Positions 38,303 to 48,910 of a stretch of 64,000 bases of DNA are shown here, piece by piece (the first letter of the stretch is position 1; the number at the start of each line of letters is the position of its first letter). A program made the position numbers and the translations under genes. Under the pieces are notes generated by a model, which was not told the origin of the DNA, did no database searches, and saw only the letters and a program-made list of their open reading frames with translations. This DNA comes from Desulfatiglandales bacterium. GTDB lineage: Bacteria > Desulfobacterota > DSM-4660 > Desulfatiglandales > Desulfatiglandaceae. Location: contig OY759599.1 of assembly GCA_963662465.1 (NCBI GenBank), forward strand, positions 640,001 to 704,000, read 5' to 3'.

Positions 38303-39163
38303 ATGGATATCCCGAAAAAAGTCGGCGTTCTGGGCGCTGGCATGATGGGCTCGGAAATTGCGCTCTGCTTCGCCGTTGCCGGTTGCGATGTCGCCATGAA
38401 GGAAGCGGAACTGCCTCTGGCGGAAAAAGGAAAAGCAAGGCTCGGGAAAGTGCTGGATAAAGCGGTTCAAAAGGGGCGATTTCCAGCCGACCGGCAGCAG
38501 GAAACCCTGAACCGCATTATCCCTACTGCGGATTACGATTCCTTTGGGGATGCGGATTTGGTGATCGAAGCGGTTTTTGAAGACGTTGAGCTGAAAAAAA
38601 GGCTTCTGGCTGAGACAGACCGAGCCTGCGGACCAACATGTGTCATGGCAACCAATACTTCCTCCATTCCCATTACCCTGCTGGCCACGGCCGTTTCCAA
38701 GGATCGAAGGCCTCTTTTTGCCGGCGCGCATTTCTTTGCGCCGGCATTCATCATGAAGCTGGTGGAGGTGATTCCCGGTCTGGAAACAACCGATGAAACC
38801 CTTTCATACCTCATGGAAGCCTGTCGCATGATCGAAAAGACGCCCATTCTCATCAAGGATACGGCGGGTTTTGTGGCCAACCGTCTGCTGTTCGCCATGT
38901 TCGGAGAAGCGGTCCGTCTCGTGGATGAGGGGGTGGCCACTTGCGAAGACATTGATTCCGCCTGCCGTCTGGGATTGGGGCATCCTTTGGGTCCCTTTGC
39001 CCTCATGGATATGGCCGATCTGGGAATGGCCCTGTCCGTCGGAGATATTCTGAAGGAGGCCCACGGGGACCGGTTTCGATTTGGAAACGCCCTGAAACAA
39101 AGGGTGTATGCGGGCCATCTGGGCAGAAAAACCGGTCGCGGGTGGTATTACTACAAATCATAA
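38303..39163 (+). CDS. 3-hydroxyacyl-CoA dehydrogenase
   Basis: GAGMMG, EAVFE, TNTSS, HFF, GFVANR, LGRKTGRG. Confidence 0.93.
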   Translation: MDIPKKVGVLGAGMMGSEIALCFAVAGCDVAMKEAELPLAEKGKARLGKVLDKAVQKGRFPADRQQETLNRIIPTADYDSFGDADLVIEAVFEDVELKKRLLAETDRACGPTCVMATNTSSIPITLLATAVSKDRRPLFAGAHFFAPAFIMKLVEVIPGLETTDETLSYLMEACRMIEKTPILIKDTAGFVANRLLFAMFGEAVRLVDEGVATCEDIDSACRLGLGHPLGPFALMDMADLGMALSVGDILKEAHGDRFRFGNALKQRVYAGHLGRKTGRGWYYYKS

Positions 39164-39193
39164 TTTTTTTGATGGTAGAGAAAGGGAAAGAAA

Positions 39194-40363
39194 ATGGATT
39201 TTAATTTGACCCGTGAACAACGGGAAATAAAGATGGCCGCAAGGGAGTTCGCTGAAGGGGAATTTCGAGATGTGGCTAGAGAGTGCGACAGGGAAGAGAA
39301 AACCAACCTGGAAGTGATGAAAAAGGCCTCGGAATTGGGTTTTATCGGACTGTTCATCGATGAACAATATGGCGGGGGCGGGTACGGATATCTTGAAAAT
39401 GCTCTGGTGACCGAAGAGTTCTGGCGGGTTGATCCGGGTTTGGCCGGATCTACCCTGTGCGCCTGTTTCGGAGCGGAAATGATCTTGCTTTTTGGAACGG
39501 AAGAACAGAAACAGAAGTATTTGACAGCCATATGCGAAGGTAAGGCCACCAGTGCCGTGGCGGCCACGGAGCCCGATGCCGGGAGCGATGTACTCTCGGT
39601 AACCACCCGCGCCGAAAAAAGGGAAGACGGTTATGTGGTAAACGGCAGCAAGATGTTCATCAGCAACGGGAACATCGCTGATTTTTTTATAGCCCTCTGT
39701 CTGACCAACCCGGATGCGGAATCCAGGCACGAGCGGCACAGCGTCTTTATCATTGATGCCAACACGCCCGGAATCACCCGAAACAAGATCAAAGGAAAAC
39801 TCGGCATCCGGGCACACGATACGGCGGAAATATTTTTCAGCGACGTAAAGGTGCCCGCTGAAAATCTGGTGGGGAAGGAGGGAGAAGGGTTTCGGTGTTT
39901 CATGGCTTTTTTTAACCGATCCAGATCCTATGTGGCGGCCCAGGGCGTGGGCGTGGCCCAGGGCGCCCTGGAACTGGCGCTGAAACACGTAAAGGCTCGG
40001 AAACAGTTTGGAGTGCCTTTGGCGTCCTTTCAGATGGTGCAGGGAAAGCTGGCGGAAATGGCGACTCTCACCGAAGCGGCCAGGAATTTGGTGTACAAGG
40101 CCGCCTGGAAACTGGATAACGGCGATCCCCAGGAGATGCTCATTTCCATGGCCAAATGGTTTGCCGGGGAAACCGGGGTGAAAGTGGTGGACGAGTCCCT
40201 TCAGCTCCATGGCGGATATGGGTATATGGATGAATATGATATCAGCCGCTTTTATCGCGATGCGAAAATCGTGGAAATATATGAAGGCTCAAAGGAAATT
40301 GAAAAGCTGATTGTGGCGAAGCAACTGTTGAAAGGAAAAGGCCTTAAGATTTTGGGCTGGTAA
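39194..40363 (+). CDS. Acyl-CoA dehydrogenase
   Basis: TEPDAGSD, GSKMFISN, QLHGGYGY, IYEGS. Confidence 0.94.
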   Translation: MDFNLTREQREIKMAAREFAEGEFRDVARECDREEKTNLEVMKKASELGFIGLFIDEQYGGGGYGYLENALVTEEFWRVDPGLAGSTLCACFGAEMILLFGTEEQKQKYLTAICEGKATSAVAATEPDAGSDVLSVTTRAEKREDGYVVNGSKMFISNGNIADFFIALCLTNPDAESRHERHSVFIIDANTPGITRNKIKGKLGIRAHDTAEIFFSDVKVPAENLVGKEGEGFRCFMAFFNRSRSYVAAQGVGVAQGALELALKHVKARKQFGVPLASFQMVQGKLAEMATLTEAARNLVYKAAWKLDNGDPQEMLISMAKWFAGETGVKVVDESLQLHGGYGYMDEYDISRFYRDAKIVEIYEGSKEIEKLIVAKQLLKGKGLKILGW

Positions 40364-40541
40364 ATCTTCTAAATATTGGGTTGATTTTTGTACCCTTCCT
40401 ATTTCTTCAGGCCTATTGGGTATCCGCTCCGCGGTAGATTTCGGGTAGTTTTTGTCTTGACAACCCATGTTCTTTGCCATAGCGTGGACTGGGAGGTCGG
40501 TCAATGATTTCTCTGAAACTTTTAGCAATAGAAAATGGGCT

Positions 40542-41168
40542 ATGAAAAGAAAAAATGATGATGTGAAAGAAAAGATCCTTCAGGAAAGTATAAAACTTTT
40601 CCTCAATAAAGGCTTCTCGGGTTCGAGTACAAATGAATTGGTTCGTTTGGCTGGTGTGGGTAAGGGTACGTTATATTGGCATTTCAAGGATAAGGAAGAT
40701 ATCCTTCGTAACATCCTTGACAGATATTGCGATGAGTTTCTTGATGTGGCCAGGAGGAAAGCGAATGTTGCCACTGGATACTTTCCCAATAAATTCAAAG
40801 TCTTCTATAAATTCATCACTGAATTCGGCCGTGACAACAGGGAGCTGCTATTGGTATTCACGGCGTTGCTGATCGAATTTGCAGGTACCGGTTGTGATAT
40901 GGAAAAACGGATGAAGGAAATTAACAACGAATTTAATGTGATCATTCAAGAATTGATAGAAGGCGGAATCCAGGATGGAACCGTGAGAAAGGAGATCAAT
41001 CCCGTACTTTACGCGCATTTCATTTCAGGGGCCTTAATGGGGTCGCATCTTCAATGGTTTCTCTACCTCTCTTCGTATGAGAACGACCCCGTATATAACA
41101 GGCAGCATGCGATCATTCAGCGAGATGAATTGCTGAAGATTCTGTTGTGTGGACATTCGTACGAATAA
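40542..41168 (+). CDS. TetR-family regulator
   Basis: AGVGKGTLYWHFKDKE. Confidence 0.9.
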   Translation: MKRKNDDVKEKILQESIKLFLNKGFSGSSTNELVRLAGVGKGTLYWHFKDKEDILRNILDRYCDEFLDVARRKANVATGYFPNKFKVFYKFITEFGRDNRELLLVFTALLIEFAGTGCDMEKRMKEINNEFNVIIQELIEGGIQDGTVRKEINPVLYAHFISGALMGSHLQWFLYLSSYENDPVYNRQHAIIQRDELLKILLCGHSYE

Positions 41169-41250
41169 GCTCAGATTTTTTATCTCAGTTGGTTAGAAAT
41201 TAAAAGCGAGAACGTCGCTATAAGGACGCATGGGAGTTATTTTCCTATTT

Positions 41251-41269
41251 ACTAGACCGGGCGGTCAGT
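41251..41269. promoter_or_regulatory. Palindromic candidate TetR operator
   Basis: ACTAGACCG-GG-CGGTCAGT upstream of an AT-rich promoter region. Confidence 0.5.
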
Positions 41270-41452
41270 CCATTCATGTTCGTGGCATAAATACTATTAA
41301 AAATAAGTTAAGATATGTAATATATGTTTAAATATAATGTAAAAAGAAAGGAGGTGCTGAAAATTAATCATCATGTGTAAATTTGATTAATATTATTTAA
41401 TTTTTAATAAAATTATGTCTTAAAAAACTAAATAAGAAAGGCAGGTTCATTT

Positions 41453-42721
41453 ATGGATTATCTGGATATTGATCTGAGTCTTAGCGACGAGGACGTCGCC
41501 TTACAGAAGGCGGCCCATAAGTTTGCCAAAGAAGTGATGCGGCCGGCGGCGAAGGCATTGGCGGCACTGACACCGGAGAAGCAAATAGCCGATGATTCGC
41601 CTCTCTGGGATTTTCTTAAAACGGCCTACGAATTGGGATACCACAAAATTCTCTTTCCCGAAGAAGTGGGAGGCATGGGCCTAACGCCGCTCCAGCAGGC
41701 GATTGTCATGGAGGAAATGGGTTGGGGCAGCAATGGATTGTGCATCCAATTAGGGGCGGCGGGTTCCCATGCCCTGGGAGGGTTGATGAGCATGAACCCG
41801 GATTTGTTGCAGGAATTCACCATACCCTTCTGCAACTGCACGGATGGAAGCATTCGTGGGTGCTGGGCGGTCACTGAACCGGATCATGGTTCCGATACCC
41901 TGGGTTTTGGCGAACCCTTTTTCGATTCCCCTGAAGTGAGCCCAGGCTGCAGGGCCAAACGTGATGGGAACGAATGGGTCATCAACGGACAGAAGTCCGC
42001 TTGGGTTTCCGGCGCCCCGGTGGCCACCCATTGTCTGGTTCAACTTCAGATCGATCCCACCAGAGGTTTTGCGGGGTTTGGAGCGGCCATTGTACCCTTG
42101 GATCTCCCCGGATGTTCCAAAGGCAAAAACCACGAGATGTTGGGAATGAACGAACTCAATCATTCTGAGCTTTACTTTGATGATGTCAGGATCCCGGCAC
42201 ATTACATGTTCCTGGATAATGCCGACTATTATTTTCCTTTTGGCAAACAGATTCTGGCCGGATTCAACATGACGGTCGCATGTTATGCGACAGGTTTGGC
42301 CAGGGCTGTCTTTGAGGAAGCCTTTTCATTCTGTCAGCAGAGGGTTCAGGGGGGAAAGCTTCTTAAGGAGCACTATTCCATCAAACAGAAAATATTTAAA
42401 ATGTTCAGCCGGGTTGAGGCCTGCCGCGCTTTGTCCCGGCGAGCGGTCCTGTTGAATGGGAGTATCTTTCCCGGCTTTTGCGAATATTCAATTGCGGCTA
42501 AGACCATGGCCACCGAAATGGCGTTTCAAAACGCCAATGATGCCATTACGATCTTCGGAGCAAATGGTTTGACCAAGGAATATCTCCCGGAGAAACTCTT
42601 TCGGGATGCCCGAGCAAATCTTATAGCCGATGGTACGACGGAGACGCTCAGAAAGGTGGGAGGGCATTTTCTGTTTGAGACCTATCCAAGAACCAGAGAG
42701 AGCATTCAGCGCATGGGTTAG
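41453..42721 (+). CDS. Acyl-CoA dehydrogenase family protein
   Basis: TEPDHGSD, GQKSAWVS, FGANGLTKEY, IADGT. Confidence 0.9.
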   Translation: MDYLDIDLSLSDEDVALQKAAHKFAKEVMRPAAKALAALTPEKQIADDSPLWDFLKTAYELGYHKILFPEEVGGMGLTPLQQAIVMEEMGWGSNGLCIQLGAAGSHALGGLMSMNPDLLQEFTIPFCNCTDGSIRGCWAVTEPDHGSDTLGFGEPFFDSPEVSPGCRAKRDGNEWVINGQKSAWVSGAPVATHCLVQLQIDPTRGFAGFGAAIVPLDLPGCSKGKNHEMLGMNELNHSELYFDDVRIPAHYMFLDNADYYFPFGKQILAGFNMTVACYATGLARAVFEEAFSFCQQRVQGGKLLKEHYSIKQKIFKMFSRVEACRALSRRAVLLNGSIFPGFCEYSIAAKTMATEMAFQNANDAITIFGANGLTKEYLPEKLFRDARANLIADGTTETLRKVGGHFLFETYPRTRESIQRMG

Positions 42722-42825
42722 AAAAATCCGAGGGGGGATGTGGGAGGATTCGTATTTTATTAATACCAAAAACATGTGGCTTCAGGGAGTTTTAAAGTAA
42801 CGTTTATCAAGAAAAGGAGAAAAAA

Positions 42826-43152
42826 ATGGCCTACACAAATGTAAAAGAAACTTTTGAAAAAATGCCGACCGTATTTGACGCTGCCAAGGCGCAGGGGATC
42901 AATTCCGTTGTTCAGTATTTCATCGAAGGGGCGGGAGGAGGAAACTGGATTATCCAATTAAAGGATGGCACATGCCGGATAGAGGAAGACAAGCATGATT
43001 CTCCCGCTGTAACGATCACCATGAACGCCGGGACTTGGCTGGCGCTGGTCAACGAAGAAATGAGCGGCATGCAGGCCTTTATGGGCGGCAAATTGAAAGC
43101 GGTAGGAGACACCATGCTCGCCCAGAAAATCTCGGCGATTTTCCCATTATAG
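42826..43152 (+). CDS. SCP2 sterol/lipid-binding domain protein
   Basis: AFMGGKLKAVGD motif. Confidence 0.88.
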   Translation: MAYTNVKETFEKMPTVFDAAKAQGINSVVQYFIEGAGGGNWIIQLKDGTCRIEEDKHDSPAVTITMNAGTWLALVNEEMSGMQAFMGGKLKAVGDTMLAQKISAIFPL

Positions 43153-43238
43153 ACAGATTGACCGATTCGGATATTAAAATAAAACGCCATAGGAAAATGG
43201 CAGAGCGCTTATTCGTGACGGAAAGCTGATCCTGTAAA

Positions 43239-44009
43239 ATGGAGGTTCTGATGAAGGTAATGACATGGAGTGGTGAGGTTGCGCTGGTGACCGGCGCCGG
43301 GTCCGGTATCGGACGTGCTATAGCGTTGGCTTTTGCGAGTGAGGGCATCCGGGTAGTGGTTGCTGATATCGATGTGGAGGGGGGCCGGGAGACCGTTCGG
43401 CAGGTTCAGCGGGCGGGCGGGGAATCCATCTTCTCAAAGTGCGACGTAAGCCGGGAGGATATGGTCAAGGCCACCATTGAAGAAGTGGTCGGGGAGTGGG
43501 GAAGGATTGATTACGCCTGCAACAATGCCGGAATCCACGCCGAATTACCGGTGCCCCTTGCCAATGAGAATCGGGAGGAGTGGGATCGCATCATTGCAGT
43601 GAATTTGACCGGCGTTTTTCTGTGCATGCAATCTGAGATCCTGCAGATGGTGAGCCAGGGAGGCGGGGTAATCGTCAACATCGCCTCTGCGGCGGGCCTG
43701 GTGGCGGAGCTTGGTTCTCCGGCCTATACCGCCGCCAAGCACGGCGTGATGGGGCTCACCAAGGTGGCTGCTCTGGACTGTATCAGAGACGGTGTTCGGG
43801 TCAATGCGATCTGCCCGGCCGTCATCGATTCTCCCATGGTGGCTGCCGCTCCTGAGGAGGTGCGGCAATACCTGAAAACCCTCCATCCCATCGGCAGGTT
43901 TGGGAAGCCGGAGGAAGTGGCGGCGGCAGTCATGTATCTTTGTTCGGACCTGGCAGGGTTTACAACCGGAACAGGCATCGTTCTGGATGGCGGGGCGCTT
44001 GCCGCGTAG
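43239..44009 (+). CDS. Short-chain dehydrogenase/reductase
   Basis: TGAGSGIG, NNAG, YTAAK. Confidence 0.93.
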   Translation: MEVLMKVMTWSGEVALVTGAGSGIGRAIALAFASEGIRVVVADIDVEGGRETVRQVQRAGGESIFSKCDVSREDMVKATIEEVVGEWGRIDYACNNAGIHAELPVPLANENREEWDRIIAVNLTGVFLCMQSEILQMVSQGGGVIVNIASAAGLVAELGSPAYTAAKHGVMGLTKVAALDCIRDGVRVNAICPAVIDSPMVAAAPEEVRQYLKTLHPIGRFGKPEEVAAAVMYLCSDLAGFTTGTGIVLDGGALAA

Positions 44010-44133
44010 AGATGGTCCTTATGGGGAGCTTCAGAGGTATGGGGGCGATTGTACATGCAGCCCCCGCGACCTGAAGTCGCGCACTTGCAGTGCAACATGA
44101 AGAATAAATAATGATACCGGGGGAGGGAATCGT

Positions 44134-46135
44134 ATGACAAAAAAGATTTTAGAGCCAATAGAAATTAGTGGAATGAAACTGAAGAACAGGATCGGTTTTG
44201 CACCGTGGCTGGGGATGCCGGTCGCACCGGACGGTTCCGTGAATAGCGAGACGGTTAGATGGTTCGAGGGGCGGGCACAAGGCGGCGTCGGCTTCATCAT
44301 GACCGGAACGATTGATTCATTGCCTCCGGATGCTTATTTGCAAAATGCTCCCGTCAGACCCGAAACAGGCGCCAGTATCTATGATGACAAATATATTCCG
44401 GGCTGGGTCGAGCTGATCGACGTAATTCACTCGTATGATGTGAAGATCGGAGCGCAACTGGCGGCCCCCGGCCCCATGATGGGGGAAGGCCCTTCATCTT
44501 CTCCCTTTCCAAATGAACAATCCGCCCGTTTTGGCATATTCGACCTTATGGCGGGGACAATCCTGCCGGTTGAAGAGGTTTCCATCGAGCGCATGGAAAC
44601 CATCAAAAGCCTCCTTGCAGCGGCTGCGGGCAGGGTCAAGAAGGCCGGATTCGATTGCGTGGAACTGCATTGCGGTCATGGCGGGGCAAATCTTCATGCC
44701 TCATTTCTTTCACCCTATTACAACAGACGGACCGACAAATATGGTGGCAACTGGGAAAACCGCACTCGATATATCGTTGAGACAATTGAGGAAATAAGAA
44801 AAGAAGTCGGAAATGATTATCCGATCCTGGTCCGGTTTTCGGCTGATGAATTGCTCGGAGAAGAGGGCATCACCCCGGACGCTTCCGCGAAGTACATCGT
44901 CCCCATCCTTGAAAAGGCCGGTGTGGCCGCAATCGATGTGAGCCAGGGTTCCGTTACGCATACCATTGAGGGCGTATCTATCCCCCCGTACTATCGAAGG
45001 GGCTGCTTCATGCGCAATGCAGATGCGGTAAAAAAGGCCACAGATCTGCCTGTATTCGGTGTTGGCCGCGTTCTTGACCTCGACATGGCGGAGCGGTTCC
45101 TGGAGCAGGGGAAGGCAGACGTCATCTATATCGGTAGCCAGCTCTCTGCTGACGTTGAGACGCCAAAGAAGTATTTTGAGGGGAGGTCTGATGAGATCAG
45201 GAAGTGCATTGGCTGTAAACCCGTATTATGCCGTATTATGCGGTACCCCTTGTACCATCAATTATGACTCCGAGGTTGACTGTATTCCGTTGACCCCCGC
45301 GGAAACACAAAAGAAGGTCCTTATCATAGGGGGTGGCGTGGGCGGATTGGAAGCGGCAAGGATCGCCGCAATGCGGGGTCACAAGGTCACGCTGATGGAG
45401 AGAGAACCGGAACTGGGCGGTATTGTGGCCGCTTTGGCCCGGACAAAATTGACGGGTGAGTTCAAAAACATCATCAGCTATTTGGGTGTTCAGATGAGGA
45501 AGCTGAATGTGGACGTGAGAATGTGCAAAGAAGCGACCCCGGCCGACGTAGATGATATGAAACCGGATGTGGTGATTATGGCCTGCGGTTCTTCCATGGT
45601 AATTCCCGAAATTGCCAAAGGCAAGCCGGGGGTGATGCATCACCTCAATGCCTGCCGTGAGCCGAAATCGGTGGGTCAGAGAGTCGTCATATGGGGACTT
45701 GCCGCCGCCGAACTTGCCATCTCCCTTGCCGATGAAGGCAAGGATGTGACCATCTTCGGCAGCGGAGATAAGGCCATGTTGGGTGGCGTATGGGTAGAAG
45801 GTCCGCGCCAATTGTATATATGGAGAAAACTGACGGATATGCCCCTCGCCCGGGCAATACCTGAAGCGGAACGGGTACGGAACCCTCAGGTTTTTGCCGG
45901 AGCAAAGCTTGAGGAGGTCACTGCGGAAGGGGTGAGAATCACGGATAAGGATGGATCGGAAAAGGTCCTCCCTTATGATACCCTCATCGTATCGCGTTTG
46001 CGGGTGCCGAACAAATCTCTCTTTGAGGCGCTACAGGGGAAAGCGGAAGAAGTGTACAAGATCGGTGACTGCGATAGAGTGCGCACCATCAAGAACGCCA
46101 TCTGGACTGCTAACGAGGTAGCCAGAAAGATCTGA
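44134..46135 (+). pseudogene. NADH:flavin oxidoreductase (old yellow enzyme / 2,4-dienoyl-CoA reductase-like), frameshifted
   Basis: GFDCVELHCGHG, NRRTDKYGG, GGGVGGLEAA; 10-bp tandem duplication CCGTATTATG at 45221-45240 splits the ORF. Confidence 0.88.
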
Positions 46136-46189
46136 TATCACGGTCCGGCATGAGCAGTCCAAAAAGAGTTTGCAGTAAAGGAGGCATAC

Positions 46190-47557
46190 ATGAATCAGGA
46201 ACGTCCTTATTGGAATATGGAAATGGAGCCGCTTTATGGGACTCCGGAGATGGAGAAGATCCAGCTTGAGAGGCTGAAGGTTCAACTCTCAAGGCTGAAA
46301 GCCAAGGGGGGATACTATGCCCGTATGATGGCGCGGAACCGGTTGGACCCCGAGAAGCTGAGCGGGTTCGACGAATTTAAAGACAAGGTGGATATATTCA
46401 ACAAGGCAACCTGGAATAAAATTGTGGATGACTGCGACGGCGACATGCTGAAAGCGCTTGACGAGCGGATTGCCTGCAGTCTCGATGATCTGATCATGAT
46501 CGCGACAACAACAGGAACGACCGGTGTTCCGAGTCCTTATGCATTTACGAACAAGGATCTGTGGGAATTCTGGGGGGAGTATACGGCCCGGGGGTGCTGG
46601 CGTGCCGGGATACGCGCCCATGATCGCGTGTTGCACTGTTTTGCGCTTTCCATGGTGATTGCCGGTCTCCCGGCAGCAATGGCCTATACGAAAGTCGGCG
46701 CTACGGTATTACCCGTCGGCGCGGAGGGAAAGACGGAAAGGATTCTCATGACGCAGAACATGTGGAAGGGAACCGTTTTTCTGGGTACCCCCTCCCTCCT
46801 TGAGTACCTCATTGAACAGACGCCCAAGGTGACCGGTAAATCGGTCAAGGAACTCGGCTTTAGATTCCTCGTCTGCGGGGCAGAGCCGGGAGCAGGCATC
46901 CCCGAAGTGAAGAATAAATTGGAAACGTCCTACGGCGCCAAGATTTTCGACATTGGCGCCGGTCTCGGCTTTTCCTGCGACCATGATGAATACCAGGGCA
47001 TGCATTGGCTCGGCGACGATTTGTCATACTACGAACTGGTGGACCCTGATACCAAACAACCCATTCCTCTTACCAACGGTGCCAGGGGAGAGATGCTCAT
47101 GACGAGTCTTAGTGCGGAAGGACTGGTCACTGTAAGGGAAAGCGCAGGAGACGTTCATGAGGTGCTCACCGAGCCCTGTGCCTGCGGCCTCAGCGGCTTC
47201 CGGTATAAAGTGGTCGGCCGTGCTGATGATATGCTTAAAGTCAAGGGGGTTATGGTCTACCCAAGTCACATCAAGGGCGTGATTAACGATTTCGTGCCGC
47301 GTGTCACTGGAGAGATAAGGATTATGCTGGAGGAGAGACCCCCTCGGGTAGTGCCGCCTTTGAAAATAAGGGTGGAGCATGCCGCCGAGGTATCGGATGC
47401 ACAACTCGATGCCTTGGCAAATGAGATCTCTGACGCCATGAGCAAACGCCTCAGGATCAAGCCTCAGGTTATCTGGGCCAAACCGGGCAGTCTGGAACGA
47501 AGTCTTTACAAAGGCAAAATATTCGAAAAGATCTACGAAAATAAGGGAGACAAGTAA
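46190..47557 (+). CDS. Phenylacetate-CoA ligase family protein
   Basis: TTTGTTG, GRADDMLKVKGV. Confidence 0.88.
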   Translation: MNQERPYWNMEMEPLYGTPEMEKIQLERLKVQLSRLKAKGGYYARMMARNRLDPEKLSGFDEFKDKVDIFNKATWNKIVDDCDGDMLKALDERIACSLDDLIMIATTTGTTGVPSPYAFTNKDLWEFWGEYTARGCWRAGIRAHDRVLHCFALSMVIAGLPAAMAYTKVGATVLPVGAEGKTERILMTQNMWKGTVFLGTPSLLEYLIEQTPKVTGKSVKELGFRFLVCGAEPGAGIPEVKNKLETSYGAKIFDIGAGLGFSCDHDEYQGMHWLGDDLSYYELVDPDTKQPIPLTNGARGEMLMTSLSAEGLVTVRESAGDVHEVLTEPCACGLSGFRYKVVGRADDMLKVKGVMVYPSHIKGVINDFVPRVTGEIRIMLEERPPRVVPPLKIRVEHAAEVSDAQLDALANEISDAMSKRLRIKPQVIWAKPGSLERSLYKGKIFEKIYENKGDK

Positions 47558-47558
47558 T

Positions 47559-48821
47559 ATGCGCGATGTCTATATCGTCGGCGTTGGAATGACGCGGTTT
47601 TTCAAGTGGCTCGACCGGGGAATCAAGGATCTGACGGGGGAGTCCGTAACAGAAGCCCTTAACGATGCTGATCTTCGGAAAGAAGACATAGAGGCGGCGT
47701 GGTTTGCCAATTCGACATGGGGATTTTTCGAGGGGCAGGACCAGGTGCGTGGTCAGGTGGCGCTTGGCTCTCTGGGTATGCATGGGATTTCCATCAGCAA
47801 TTCAGAAGGGGCCTGTGGGGGCGGGTCCCAGGCGCTGCACGGCGCCTGGCTGGGGGTTGCCTCAGGCGCTTACGAGTGTGCCATGGCAGTGGGGGCCGAA
47901 AAGCTGTACAACGAGAACAAGAAAAAGTCCTTTGGAGCCATAGCCAAAGGGACGGATGTGGAAAATACACAGTCTATGATCGGCGCCTGGTTGAAAAGGC
48001 TGGAACAGCTCGGCATTGAAACAACAGCCGAAGACGTGGTCGACCCGGATAATCCAACCCGCAGCGCAATGATGGACATCTATGCTTACATGATCAGATG
48101 GCACATGAAAGAATACGGCACCACCCAACACCAGTTGGCGCTGATTACCTCCAAAACTCATTGGCATGGCTCGATGAACCCCAAGGCGCAGTATCAAAAA
48201 GAGATGAGTGTGGAAGAGGTGCTGGCCGGAAAGCCGGTTCTCTACCCCTTAACAGCGCCGATGTGTGCGCCGCTGGGTGATGGGAGTGCGACGGCAATCC
48301 TTTGTTCCGGCGATTTTCTCAAGAAGATGAAGGCGCCGAGGCCGGTCAAGGTGCTTGCTTCGGTCTATGGATCGAGTACCCCGAGATATTTCGATGAGCC
48401 GGAAAAAGCGATCGAGGTGAGACTTTCTGAAAAAGCATACAACATGGCCGGAGTCGGCCCTGAGGATATCAATCTGGTCGAGGTTCATGACGCAGCCTCA
48501 TTCGGAGAGCTGAAGATGACGGAGCAGCTCGGTTTTTGCGGGCCAGGAGAAGGCGGGGCTTTCGCCGAATCAGGCGCCACAACACTTGGCGGGAAAATCC
48601 CTGTAAATGTCTCCGGAGGATTGATTTCCCGTGGGCACCCCCTTGCGGCTACCGGCATCGCTCAAATTTATGAGCTGACGACCCAGCTTCGCGGAGAGGC
48701 GGGGAAGAGGCAGGTTGAAGGGGCAAAAATCGGCATGTGCGAGAACGGCGGTGGTCAGATCTACTTTGAAGAGGTTTCCATGGGCATACATGTCCTGGAA
48801 AAGGTTTCTGTAAGGCTGTGA
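47559..48821 (+). CDS. Thiolase family protein (SCP2-thiolase type)
   Basis: GVGMTRF, EGACGGG, EVHDA, NVSGGLISRGHP. Confidence 0.9.
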   Translation: MRDVYIVGVGMTRFFKWLDRGIKDLTGESVTEALNDADLRKEDIEAAWFANSTWGFFEGQDQVRGQVALGSLGMHGISISNSEGACGGGSQALHGAWLGVASGAYECAMAVGAEKLYNENKKKSFGAIAKGTDVENTQSMIGAWLKRLEQLGIETTAEDVVDPDNPTRSAMMDIYAYMIRWHMKEYGTTQHQLALITSKTHWHGSMNPKAQYQKEMSVEEVLAGKPVLYPLTAPMCAPLGDGSATAILCSGDFLKKMKAPRPVKVLASVYGSSTPRYFDEPEKAIEVRLSEKAYNMAGVGPEDINLVEVHDAASFGELKMTEQLGFCGPGEGGAFAESGATTLGGKIPVNVSGGLISRGHPLAATGIAQIYELTTQLRGEAGKRQVEGAKIGMCENGGGQIYFEEVSMGIHVLEKVSVRL

Positions 48822-48910
48822 AGTAGTTTACGTTTTCTTGTTACGCGTGGGAATGAGCCCACAAAACAATCAAAGTGTAAACCACAAAATGAAGGATGCC
48901 GGAAAATCAT

